Of a stretch of DNA of 64,000 nucleotides, positions 1 through 11,877 are shown piece after piece. Position 1 is the first letter of the stretch. Every line of letters begins with the position of its first letter. The DNA is taken from NCBI GenBank assembly GCA_043228905.1, contig JBHGNT010000014.1, forward strand, positions 1,612,001-1,676,000, given 5' to 3'. The notes beneath the pieces are model-generated. The model worked only from the letters and a program-made list of their open reading frames with translations. It searched no databases and was not told where the DNA came from. The translations under genes and the position numbers were made by a program. This DNA comes from Azolla caroliniana. Taxonomy: Eukaryota; Plantae; Polypodiophyta.

Positions 1-960
1 ATTGGGCATCCCCGATGAGGCGCTCATTGCCTTTTGGAAGGGTCTTTGGCGTCTCCACATGCCTGAAAAGATTAAGCTCTTTTGGTGGCAGATCGGTCAT
101 AATGTGGTGCCCGTTGGCGAATGGTTAGATAAACGTGGCGGTCCGTTAGGCTGCCCACTGTGCTCTCTACCTATTGAGTCTCTGAGACATTGTTTGTGGG
201 ATTGCCCTCAAGCTCAAAAGGTATGGGATAGAGTGACTCGCCTCCTTGTGGCATGTGAAGTTGAAGGAACAGCCTCGTGGAGCGCTGCGGCATGGATTGA
301 TCACTCGGTCGAAGGGTGGACGGACGCCGTCAATGCGGATAGTTGGTGCTATGTATGCACGAGAGGCAAAATCGTCAAGATCCGTTTTGAAAGAGGCTTG
401 CAGCCCGCATCCCCTAAGTTTCCGGAAATCTGGATGTTGATCGCAGGTTTCACCTTGTGGTATATATGGAAAGCGCGTTGCCTCAAGGTCTTCCAAGGTA
501 CGGTACGACCCCCGGAGGAAGTGATCATGGACATATGGTTCGCGCTTATCAGCTGCCTACGAGGGCAACTGGAAGAGGTTTGCAGCCATTCCAACGACGT
601 GACCACTGCCCGTTTGCGCTTTTGGCAGAAATGGCGGAACACACCTATGGTGATGCAAGGCGGGAGTGGCCCGAGGTGGAACTACCAGCCCCCACGTTGG
701 TTGTTTCCTATTCACCTGCCACCCTCTCTTCGGTGTAGGCCCCAAGAGCCGACTCGTACGAGGCAACATTGAAGGGCATCGCCTTGGATATAGGTAGCTT
801 CTTACATTAAGTTAGGCCGCAAGGCAATGTAAGTGGCTCATCTTCTTTGGCTTGATCGGAGGAAGTCTCCCCGATGTGTGTATAAATCTCCTTATAGACT
901 CTATGTAATAATCCTTCCTAACTAATGGGAAAGTAGCTTTACTTTGAAAAAAAAAAAAAA
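1..960 (+). mobile_element. L1-clade LINE, 3' end (ORF2 C-terminal zf-RVT region, 3' UTR, poly(A) tail); cut off by the window edge
   Basis: ORF 2-772 has the zf-RVT signature WKGLW..MPEKIKLFWW..H......CPLC...ESLRHCLWDCPQAQKVW and a later TLWYIWKARC motif typical of plant L1 ORF2. The A-run ends at 960. Confidence 0.8.
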
Positions 961-1399
961 CATGAGGTACTAAATAAACAACAATTGTATGTACCTCCCA
1001 CAATCTCACATTTGATAAAGAGAATATCTCTATGTAGATTGGAAAAAATCACACTTAATTTTTTTTACTTATTAGTATGTTTGCCCAAACATTTACACTC
1101 ACATATCAATAATCATAGCACCACACAACATAGTCCATAGGTTGAATCAATTGAAACATATTTTGATTCTAGCACCTTATTCACTTTGAAGGGCCTTTGA
1201 ATGCGAGGTCATGTTTAGAGATATCCCCTAACCATTTACAACCCATCCTTAGACTTGGAAATAACTATATTATAACACGAGGTACTAAATAAACAACAAT
1301 TGTATGTACCTCCCACAATCTCACATTTGATAAAGAGAATATCTCTATGTAGATTGGAAAAAATCACACTTAATTTTTTTTACTTATTAGTATGTTTGC
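961..1399. repeat. 124-bp near-perfect direct repeat (961-1084 and 1276-1399)
   Basis: catgaggtactaaataaac...agtatgtttgc recurs as cacgaggtactaaataaac...agtatgtttgc. Confidence 0.9.
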
Positions 1400-3016
1400 A
1401 AGAACAAGATTTGATCCCATGACTACTTGTCCCTTTGCATTAGGACAAGTTTATACTTAAGTTTTGGCCTTTTAAGCGTGTTTGGATATTCCCAAATCTT
1501 CCAATATTAACCAATAAGAAAAAGACTTTTTGTTGATAGTTTCGAGTATAAGGTTTTGGTGACACCTAATCAAACCTTTTAACCACCCCCATGTAGTAGT
1601 ATGTCCATGTTATGTCATTTTTCGTACACAGCTGAAATTTGAGCCGAGAATTCTTAGAACGAATCACAGGCTCATCCCTTGTACATTCCTCATTGGGTGA
1701 AATAATGCACTCATCATCAACATTATCGTTGCAAAAATGGATGCTATGTACACATTGCTAGTTTTGGCATTGTTGAAAATAATAAAAAACAATCATATTT
1801 TGAGAAATCTCAATTCATTTTCTTATGAGTGAAGTTGAAAATACCCTATAGAAATACAAACTTGTATATTCTCATTACTTTTACCGACAAAAAATATTTA
1901 TAAGTTTTCACAATATAGGTTATGACAAAAAATCAAACATATCCCATCTGGTGATATGCAAGAATGGGTTAATTTTCATAATTCCTCCACTCCGATATAT
2001 TTCTGGAATTATGGGGGAGCTTATTGGCGGTTGTGCGGGGGGGATATGACAATATGCCAGGCTCTTCGGAGGTTGTTCTGAAGAAAAGGAAAAAATTATT
2101 GCAATTATGGAGGAAGTTGCCTCTGTTCACAGTCTCCTCTCAAGGACCGTTATGGAAATATCATCACCCATGGTCCTTGCCCTGACCATTTCTTTTGTAT
2201 ATATAATACTCTTTGATTTTACATTTTTGTAGCCCTCCAACGCTTTTCTTAATACTAATGAAGGAAATCTTTATGAAAAAGAAAAGAAAAGAAAAGAAAA
2301 GAAAGAATGGGTTAATTTTCTATGTATATTCAAAAGAAAGGGAGCTTAATCAAAATTTGATTATATTTCTTCATCTTCTTTTGTATATGGCAACAACCTT
2401 GACTGTAAGTGGCATCAACTCTTGTAAATATACGTCCTTCTAAGTTAATGCGTTACCTTTAGTTTACGAGATAAACATATTTAGATATATACACATGGTG
2501 GTGCAACAATGTAAAGCTTGTGCTTTCCAACCTTGAGATTTGAGGCTTCAAGCGTACAATGTAAAGCATGTGCTTTGCAAGTTGCAACCTTGCGATATGA
2601 GGTTTGTGCATCATGGTGTGATCGAAAAGATTAGCATTACAAATTCACTTCCTGCAACGAAATAGATTATTAACATTCACAAGAAACTAAATATGATCTA
2701 TGGAAAGGAGCAAAGTCCATGTCAAAGATCAAACTTGGGTTCTCTCAATTCAATTAATTGGTTAGAGAAGTATCTAAAAGCTTGGCTTGCCTAGGTATAT
2801 CTATATGTTTATTTACACACACTCACACACACACAGTATGCAAAAGCGCGTGTGCATAAAGTACATAGAAAAAGCTTTGGATTCATTTGGACAAGTCATA
2901 TTTTGTAAAACTTGGAACCAATGCTAACAAGAATCTTGAGGTTTGGTTGACTAACAACATGAAAAGTAAGCCATTAGTTCATATAATGTTGAAATCCACC
3001 TCAACAAGACATTGCA

Positions 3017-3225
3017 TACGGAGCCAACCAAATATTACATTTTTGAGACATGCATGCTACAAAATATTTCTTGTCACATTGAAAAACAAAACACATTGTT
3101 TTCTAACCACTTGCAAGTTCGTACGGAGCCAACCAAATATTACATTTTTGAGACATGCATGCTACAAAATATTTCTTGTCACATTGAAAAACAAAACACT
3201 GTTTTCTAACCACTTGCAAGTTCGT
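3017..3225. repeat. Tandem duplication, ~105-bp unit x2
   Basis: tacggagccaaccaaatatt...gcaagttcg starts at 3017 and again at 3122. Confidence 0.9.
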
Positions 3226-3842
3226 GCCATGGTCATATTTGTCTTCCTTATTTGCAAACTCAGAAGAGCTCTTTGTTCTTTAATTGTTTTAAGTGCTTTG
3301 AGCGAAACGAGTTAACGAATCACACAAATTATTTTGGTTACGCATAATTCCTATAATTCAATCGTCACAAAGAACGAGACACGAGTGAAAATTAGAAATG
3401 TGTGAAACCCGATAAATATACAAAATACAATGTCTTATGAAATAAAAAAACATAATTTTTTTTGTGTGGAAAGATACCAATAATCTTGAATGTGCAACAA
3501 ATAGAGGCGACAACATTGTTTCTATATGTGGATGGACCATGCTTTATTAACTTGTCACCCGAAAAGGTATATCTTAACGAGGACATGCTATTATTTTTCT
3601 ATGAGAGACCTGTTTGATGTGTTGATTCATGGTATAGGTGTCCTAATAGACCCACTTCAAATACTCTATTGTTCGCACGTGCTTGTGTATCGTATTTGAT
3701 CCCTCGACATACACCACTTTCCTCAATCCCCCCAAAGTGCACCACTTTTCTATGCCCCCGACGTGCATCAATTTTGTTTAAAGAAAAGAAAGAAAGAAAA
3801 ATATACTAATGTCTTCTAAGAATTTATGGAAATACTAAAGCC

Positions 3843-4292
3843 TAGAATAGAGACAAGTAGGCCTAAGTAGCTTCATCTATATACTTAAGGGATACTACTA
3901 GATTATGTTTTAAGAGAACGAGCATTTTGTAGATGTTGATCCTCACCAAGGCATAGCTCAATGGACCCAGTTTTCTAAGACTTGAATTCATTTTTGTGCA
4001 AAATTTAGTTTTCCTCATCTTTACCTCGTCGACCCAAGGTTTTAGATGAAGTCAAAACTAATCCACCAAGGTTGGATCATAGTCTTCAATGTTCTCATGT
4101 CGTTAGACATAACCACGTGCAAGTTACATGTTTTTAGAATAGAGACAAGTAGGCCTAAGTAACCACATCTATATACTTTAATGGATAATAATTTGGATTA
4201 TGCTTTACGAGGACGAGCATTTTGTAGATTTTGATCCTCACCATGGCATAGCTCAATGGACCTAGTTTTCTAAGACTTCAATTCATTTTTGT
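3843..4292. repeat. Diverged ~155-bp direct repeat (about 3843-3997 and 4135-4292)
   Basis: tagaatagagacaagtaggcctaagta...gagcattttgtaga...gcatagctcaatggacc...ctaagactt occurs twice with scattered substitutions. Confidence 0.85.
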
Positions 4293-5635
4293 ACTTTGTG
4301 CAAAATTGCAATATGGTTATGCGAAAGTACGAAAAGTTCAGCTACAAATGCCCAATGATCAAGATCGTCACAATCCATTTGCATTACAATAACTTCTGGA
4401 TTTGGGGATTGTGGACTATGTATATGGATACAAAGAAAACCAAGAAATGTTCAATCAACAAAGTCTTAATGAGTTCATGTTCATTTTGTACTCATTTTAC
4501 ATCATAACAAGATTGTGTAAGGTTACTTGACATTCTACTTGATCATATTCAAATATTTGTTTCGTACTTTAAATATTATATTATTGTTGTCCGCAAGTCA
4601 TCTTCTTGGTTTTCACATCACATTAGGATGTAGAGATTATTGCTTTTATAAAAACAATCTTACCCAATTTTTGAACTTTCAACTCAAATTACTGAAAATC
4701 ACATAGGGAAATGTACACCATTCATTACCTATGAAAATATAAAGTGGCTGAAGAAAAGGTAACTGTGTGAGTTTTTTTTTGCTTGGGAAGGTGACCACAG
4801 TTACGAAGCTTAACAAATGCATGTGATGACATTTTAACCGTTGGAAACATGTACATTTGATAGACCCGAGGGGAAAGAGTGAAGAGATTGTAAGAGTAAG
4901 ACAGAGAGGCATGATGTGACTTTGAAACTTTACTAACATTTTACAAAACATATAATGTACCAAACTTTTAGGAACCTTGTACAAATGAATATGTTGAGCG
5001 AGAGAGAGAGAGCATGACCCCCCCCCCCCCCAAAAAAAGAAGAAGAAGAAGAAGTTAACGTTTCCTTCTTTTTTCTTCTTTATGGATTTTGAATTTTGAT
5101 TCTTCATCACGTTATTCTCGACTTTCAAATTTTGCATATAAATTGTGCATGGTGCAAGTTGCTCGTTTCGTCCTATTAGGTTATTCTCTCTTATTCTCTT
5201 TGGGAGGATATTTGATCTTTGGGGACGGTAATGAATATCTATCTATTTTCAATTTTCACAGAGCTATACAACCTTAATCCATGACATTGAGTTTGGCTAC
5301 TCGTGCGTCTCCCCCTTCTTGACTTCATCCGGTAAGAGTTGAGAAAAACCTTTTTTTTCTATCTTCCCGTATTAATTTCTTTGAGAAAGCTTATTATTGT
5401 GCATTGACACATACTTTAGAGTAACTTGTGTGTGAGTTTTCTCTCAAGATCAATTTCATTATTTTTAGTAACTTTTGTGTGTGCGTGCCTAAAACTTAAT
5501 GAAAGCTTACGATTATAATGCACTAGAGACTTGTCTTTGATATTGTCATCTCTTAAGACTTTTTGTAAAAGTATATATTGATTGATCACAATACCATTAA
5601 ATCTTTAATGATATGTCATATACCGGAAATACACT

Positions 5636-6640
5636 AGCCCTAGCATTTCAAACTGTCATTCATTATATTTAGGCTATTAGCTATAGTTGTGCTTACACAA
5701 TGCAAGTCACCTATGAACTAATGTCTATCTATACTTGCATGGTGCATCATTCGGTTTGGTTGATTTTATACCACATTGGATCATCCACAAATGATAGGCC
5801 AATAAAGCTTAACTTTGATACCATGAGTTTGTTGGCTACATATAGTTGCCATTTCAAATTCTCTTTGCCTATATCTAAACTATTATTTGTATGTTTCACA
5901 CCATATAGGTCACCAATTAATCGATGGTCACCTATACTTGCACTAGTCAATTTGCATGCCTACAAATTACAATGGTCATCTCTAGGCAAATAAACCTAGC
6001 TTTACGATCATATTTTCCTTGACTATATATAGGAGATTAGCGATGATGGAGTGTGAACTTAAGATTATGAAGCAAATAAGTTTATTTTGTGCGTTGATGT
6101 GTCATCTTGTACTACTATTGGTAGAAGTAGATTTAGATTGATCACCCAATCATTAGACCTTTAATGGCATGTCGTATGTAGTCATATGATAACCTTAGAA
6201 TTTCAAATTCCCCGTGGATATATTTACGCTATTACCGGTACTTGTGTTCACACAATATATGCCACTTGTGTTTATTTGCTCTGTTAGTGTTTAGTTGACT
6301 TCATGACAATGGTGATCCTTGAACAATAGGACAATAAACATAACTTAGCCTAGGAACCTTAGCATTTCAAATTCCCATTGGTTATATCTAGGCGATTCTT
6401 TATAGTCGTTCTCACACAATATAGGTCACTTGTGAAACAACTACCTATACTTGCCCTATCAAGTTTAATTGTCTTCACATTGCAAAAACCAATCCTTGAA
6501 TGATAGGCCAGTAGACCTAGCTTTACTAATATACTTTCCATGAATTTATGTAGAAGACTAGCTATAATGGGTTCAAACTCCTTAAATCTAGCCCAATAAA
6601 CCCATGTTTACGACCCTAGTTTCTTTAGCTTTACTAGGTA
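5636..6640. repeat. Highly degenerate repeat array, about 4 copies, upstream of the GRX-like gene
   Basis: Recurring block atttcaaa..tatat.ta..cacaatat..gtcac..ctatacttgc at about 5641, 5850, 6195 and 6360. Confidence 0.55.
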
Positions 6641-6817
6641 AATTAGCAATAGTAGTGTTCATACTACAAGGGACATGCTTGAACTATATTCAGGTAAACT
6701 CATCCTAGTCATCTATCATACATACCACCATTGTAACACACATTTTCCAAGTGTTAATACATTTGAGTAATGTTCATTGATTGTTTCCTGATCAGGGGGC
6801 AATATAAGTTTTTGGAA

Positions 6818-8341
6818 ATGGGTTGTGCATCCTCGAAGAGTTTTGAAAAACAAAGGCTTATGGATAGATGGACCTCTTCTCCAAAGTCTGACACTAGTGG
6901 TGACTACAAGTGTGAGCACTATCAACACCAATTTTTTTCTCTAACTAGCAACTCATATGGGTTTCTTAATATAATATCACCCAAAGGGCCAAAACCAAGG
7001 CAAAGTCAACTTTGTGTAGGTTCATTATATGAGATGTATGAGAAATTCAAGACATTGGAAACAACTGGAAATGTTCCCTCCAATGAAGTAAACAATATGA
7101 CATCTCATTATGACATCGCACATTGCACTAAAACGTGTGTCGGTAGCACTAGCAATGTGAAAGGATGGAGGATTAACACTAATAACTATAGCTCAGAGAC
7201 AATCAATGTCAGAGAGATGATGGTTGGCCTTGAGGAAGCACCATCACAACAAAATAACGATCCTCATAAACTTAATTTCAAATACCCCACAACCAAGAAG
7301 TGTGTTGAAAATGATGATTTTGGGAATGAAAACTCTATACCTCAACATAGAGAAGTCAATATGGCCGTATCACATAGTGAGCCAAGTTTTTTCATCAAAA
7401 GAAGTCCCTTGAGGAGCTTGCCCCTATCTCCATTCTCCCAAGAAATGAGAAATGATAAGAATGCAAGTTACAAAGTCACATATGAGCCCAAAAGTGGATC
7501 AAAGTTACCAATGAAATTGGCAAATGATGATGAAAATGGGAAAGTGAACATAAACCCACCTCAAATAAACAAGAAGTATGTTACCCCACTTTTCATCCCA
7601 TCAAGTTCTATGGCAAGGAGGGATGTATTCATGGGTAGAGGAAATATTACATCACATGGACCAATTAGTCCCTTATTTGATCCCGAACTTGTTGCATCAT
7701 ATGAGAAAAAACTTGAAGAACTCTCTGAAGAAAATTGGAACAAATCAAATGGATTTGAATACCACCCAACAACCACCTCCATCACATTTGGTAAGAAATT
7801 TAGCGCCTTAGGATTTGATCCTCATTTTCCATTAAATCAAACCTTATACAACCCATTTGAATGTTTTCCAAAGAAATGTCCTCCTTGTGGTGAAGGTGGC
7901 TTAGTAATCTACACTACAACTCTTCGAGGGATTAGAAAAACTTTCGAAGATTGTAATATCGTTAGAGCTATATTCCAAAGTTTTGGATTGAGAATTGATG
8001 AGAGGGATGTGTCAATGCATCTTGAGTTCTTGAATGAGTTGAGAGAGCTCATGGGAAGAATGGTTTCAGTACCTCGAGTTTTCATAACAGGGAGATATAT
8101 TGGAGGTATAGAAGATGTGTCAAAACTTCATGAAAATGGAAAACTTAGTGAGCTCATTATTGGTCTCCCAAAGATGGCGAGTAAGGAAAAATGTGGTGGT
8201 TGTGATGGAATTCGGTTTGTACCATGTATAGATTGTAGAGGAAGTTGCAAGGTCCGAGATGAGGGAAACAATGCACTAAGATGTCCAAATTGCAATGAGA
8301 ATGGGTTGATTCAGTGCCCTATATGCTCTAACATTGCTTAG
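6818..8341 (+). CDS. Glutaredoxin-like, cysteine-rich (4xCxxC) protein of the plant GRX-like / GRXCR-related family; single exon, 507 aa from MGCASSK
   Basis: C-terminal domain VIYTTTLRGIRKTFEDC...DERDVSM...VPRVFI.GRYIGG is followed by CGGC..CIDC..CPNCNENGLIQCPIC, and PLFDPELVASYEK precedes it. The ATG at 6818 gives MGCASSK, the usual family start; the ORF is open from 6770. Confidence 0.9.
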   Translation: MGCASSKSFEKQRLMDRWTSSPKSDTSGDYKCEHYQHQFFSLTSNSYGFLNIISPKGPKPRQSQLCVGSLYEMYEKFKTLETTGNVPSNEVNNMTSHYDIAHCTKTCVGSTSNVKGWRINTNNYSSETINVREMMVGLEEAPSQQNNDPHKLNFKYPTTKKCVENDDFGNENSIPQHREVNMAVSHSEPSFFIKRSPLRSLPLSPFSQEMRNDKNASYKVTYEPKSGSKLPMKLANDDENGKVNINPPQINKKYVTPLFIPSSSMARRDVFMGRGNITSHGPISPLFDPELVASYEKKLEELSEENWNKSNGFEYHPTTTSITFGKKFSALGFDPHFPLNQTLYNPFECFPKKCPPCGEGGLVIYTTTLRGIRKTFEDCNIVRAIFQSFGLRIDERDVSMHLEFLNELRELMGRMVSVPRVFITGRYIGGIEDVSKLHENGKLSELIIGLPKMASKEKCGGCDGIRFVPCIDCRGSCKVRDEGNNALRCPNCNENGLIQCPICSNIA

Positions 8342-9688
8342 CCCTACATGAGTATATTACGTACTATGCTTAGCACAAGTGTTCTCCATGTAACCTTGAT
8401 ATATTGATTACGGGTGCATCTCTTCTTTTGGTATTGAATCCAAACCTAGTTAGGAAAGAGTATACAAACTCTTACTTTTTAGTTGGAACTTTAATTTGTT
8501 ATGTAGACATCAAATTCTATATTCATTCATTTTTCTCATTTGTACATATTGAATTGCTCTTAAATAGAATTTGGGAAAGTGTACTTTTATTATTGTATTT
8601 GCTCTTGACTAAAGACCAACTTTGGAATCATGATGGGTAAAGAGTAGGAAAAAAAATACAAAATGTGGGGAGTATTGGATGGTAAGTTCCTAGGATAAGT
8701 AAACACTGGCACACTTTCAAGTATGTTGTTACTTGCATAACCCAATATTGATTGATAAAATTGTGTAATATGGTACAATCCTCCAAAGCAGCAAAAGGAC
8801 AAACACTCTATATTGTCCTATACGAAGGCATACTTTTATACAGTAAAGAAGGTTCAAGAACTAACTACGTTTTATCTTGCACATGAGTTGATAACTTTAT
8901 GGACAATATCCCACACCCACGTCAAATACTAGTTGTATTTATTTCGGCATTCCACATTAGACAATAAATGGCCAAGAATGTTGTATCTTAGTACAATGTA
9001 TTTTTCCAATATATATTAATCCTTGACCACTATGTTTGAGGTGATTAGGTAACCTATTTTGTGAATCATATGCTCAGATAGAGATATAGACAAGCTACCA
9101 TTATATTCATGTCAATGCGCTGTCTAAAATCGTCATGCTCTTTTACATCTTGATTCAACTCAAGTTTAAAGAAAATTATTGCTCATATCAATGAGTTACA
9201 ATTTTCAAAATAGAGACATGTCTAATTTTATAGAGATAAAGAGAGCAGAATGATTTAGAAGGGGAATGGTGCTGCATATGAATTGAGGGTGACATCTAGA
9301 GAGAGAAATAGAGGAATCGTGTTGAGGTGAGCCTTTTACAAAGGTTTGTCACTTCTAAAAGTTCTTTTTCTTCTCTACATCACCTCCACATGACTCATTG
9401 ATGACCCATTCATGATAGTACATTTTAGTGCCCATGTATGATCCAATATTTCAATCGCTTAATCTTAGTGGATCACAATACTATGGCTACTCTACTAGTT
9501 ACAATATCCAAATAAATATTGAACTCATGTGCAATGGATCCATGTTCCCAATTGTTTTGAATTTCCATAGGTACACATAAAGGGAACACTTCCACAACCT
9601 CGAGGGAGACTCTTGATACATACACTCATGGATGAATAAGAACCCCTATTACAATTGAGCCAATAATCACGGAGCTAGAGAGAATCAC

Positions 9689-9744
9689 ATCTAGCATGGA
9701 TTCTGATTTAGAGGCATTCAATCATAATCAAACACATGGTAGCT
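9689..9744 (-). pseudogene. About 55-nt degenerate fragment of nuclear 25S/26S rRNA (3' region)
   Basis: ctagcatggattctgatttagaggcattcaatcataatc is the reverse complement of the conserved LSU stretch GATTATGACTGAACGCCTCTAAGTCAGAATCC..GCTAG with a few transitions. Confidence 0.7.
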
Positions 9745-11031
9745 CTGTTGTCGAGATGTGGTGTGAAAAAGGAGCTACCATGTGTCTGATAATCAGACAC
9801 TCACACTCACATAAATATATGTATATATATATATATATACATACATACATAGTTCCTAATATTTGCATACATCCAATCAGGTAGACATATATGTTTTTTC
9901 CTTTTTTTTTACGAATGAGTTATAGACTTACAACGGTCTACTAAGAAACTCAAAAGGGGCGAATAGGGGGGGAGGCCTCCACCTACGGCTCTGTATCCTC
10001 GCACGCACCATCAACCTCACACCCTCATCCTCATCCTCAGGGTGCGCGACCTCCACTCGCGACCCTCCATCTTGCACTTGCGTTCACTCTCTCGAGTCAC
10101 CCTCATCTTCACGATCTCACTCTCACGATTCACCTTCACAATTTAGAAAAATAAAAATAAAAATAAATATAGACGAATGGATTTAAAGGCTACTTGGAGC
10201 CATTTCACGTATGAGTATGATATGAATATTCACGAATGAGTATGGCACGAATAGGAAGTATGGCTAGAACTATGTATATATATAATAGGTGCAAAGTTCA
10301 CATCTTTGTACATGACGGGAATTAAGAACATTTATTCCCTTTTTCTTTTTCTAAGGAAAATATTTGCATCTAATTCTAAGTTTAGGCGCCTCTTTTTCTA
10401 TAAAAGGAAGAGAAGAGGGCTTATTTCCCATTTTTGGTTTGAGGTATACCATTAGGTGTCACTTCTTTTGGTTTTTAGGAATTCACCATTAGGAGGTTGC
10501 CCATTTTGTGGTTGAGGTGTACCATTAGCTTTCTTTTCCATTTAAACTTGGTTGACTCCCCAACTTTCTTTTTCATTTAAACTTAATCGTTTTCTTCTAA
10601 TCGTTCATTGTATTGCTTCTCGTTGCCACCCTTGTACCTATTCACTATGTACATTTGTATACCCTATTTTATGAAGAGATTTTTTTTTTGTAGTCTAGCA
10701 TTTTCAGCCTAAAAAGTGGCCCTTTTTTTCGGCCTAACATTGTGCAAACCCTTCATAATCTCGTGTTCCTCATGCTAATCGTGTATTTAGATCCTAATCT
10801 CGCATATTAATCGTTGTTCGACTTGTCACTTCCTTAAAATCCTACAAGCCTTTGAGTTTGAGGAGCCATTGACTCTAGAGAGCATTCGATTCTAGAGAGG
10901 TTTCAAGTCTGAAAAGATTTTGACTCCCAAGAGCTTTGTAGTCACCTAACGTCCACACCCTCCTAGTCCTTGTGTCCTCCCTAGTCTAAGACCCCCATTG
11001 CCCCGCTAGAGTAGCACACACACATGTGCGT

Positions 11032-11877
11032 TGTCGTGCCTTTTGGCTCTAGATCGTCGCGTGAGTCGAGTGGGAACCACTGAGGTTTTGGACTAGGAGA
11101 AAGAAGAATATGAGAAAAGGCTAGTAATGAATAGGTAGAAAGAGAGGTAAGTTATCAATCTCATGAATCCCATGAGTTTAGTGTACTTAATCAATATTTA
11201 GATAGTAAGAGACAATTTAGATGACAAATTCGTGAATCCCACGAATGTATTATATTGGTCCTCCTTACAAAATAATCAACAACCAAAAACATCTTTCTCT
11301 CTTCCTTATATAGTGATGGAAGAGGCTAAGCATAGCATCATGATTTCCCTAAAGTGTTCATGCAGGCTAAGTGTGCATGAGTTGCCTCCTCTCAACCATG
11401 CTTTCCATTTCCTAAATATAGTGTTCATGCACGCTAAGCATGCATGAGTAACTTTTCTTTTGTTTGCTTGTTTCTTCTAGATAAAGTTTTCACCCACTCT
11501 AAAAGTGCATGATCTGCCTTCTTGTAAAAGTAGGTGTAAATATAAGTCATATATCACTTATGATAAGTTATTACAATAGTAAAGTTTGGGTTTATTTACA
11601 TGGAGGTACAGGTTCGAATCCTGCCCTATGCATGTAATAATCTTTTCTTCCATTTACAAATTTGTCTCTTTATCCGGTGAGAGACTCTCACCGGCCTTCT
11701 TTATCTGGCTCTTGCCGATTCTACTTGATCCGGTTCTTACCAAGTCTCCTTACCGGGTCCTCCTTGCCGGTTCCTCCTTCATCCGGTTCTCACCGGTTCT
11801 CCTTACCGGGTCCTCCTTACCCTATCTGGAGGGACCAAAATGCAATTTTCATGTAGTGTGAAAATTACACTATGACA
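11032..11877 (-). repeat. Element A 3' LTR
   Basis: Direct-repeat match to 17283-18113; abuts the PPT. Confidence 0.9.

Noticed and set aside
1985-2190. GC-richer patch resembling an exon
   Set aside because: No sustained ORF or recognisable motif, so it cannot be assigned without a search.
812-6541. Many short ORFs (60-150 aa) in the AT-rich region
   Set aside because: No recognisable domains. Several arise from duplications or homopolymer runs, as expected by chance.
6770-6817. Upstream in-frame ATG extending the GRX-like protein by 16 aa
   Set aside because: MGCASSK at 6818 matches the family N-terminus and acylation motif; the extension is unsupported.
9696-9884. ORF MDSDLEAFNHN..
   Set aside because: Antisense translation of the rRNA fragment, a known source of spurious protein calls.
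10307-10845. Possible solo LTR (TG start, ctataaaagg TATA, short internal repeats)
   Set aside because: No partner copy, PBS, PPT or matching TSD found, so boundaries cannot be fixed.
11560-11640. Possible tRNA gene around GGTTCGAATCC
   Set aside because: Only the T-arm is present, with no acceptor, D or anticodon stems, and it lies inside an LTR.
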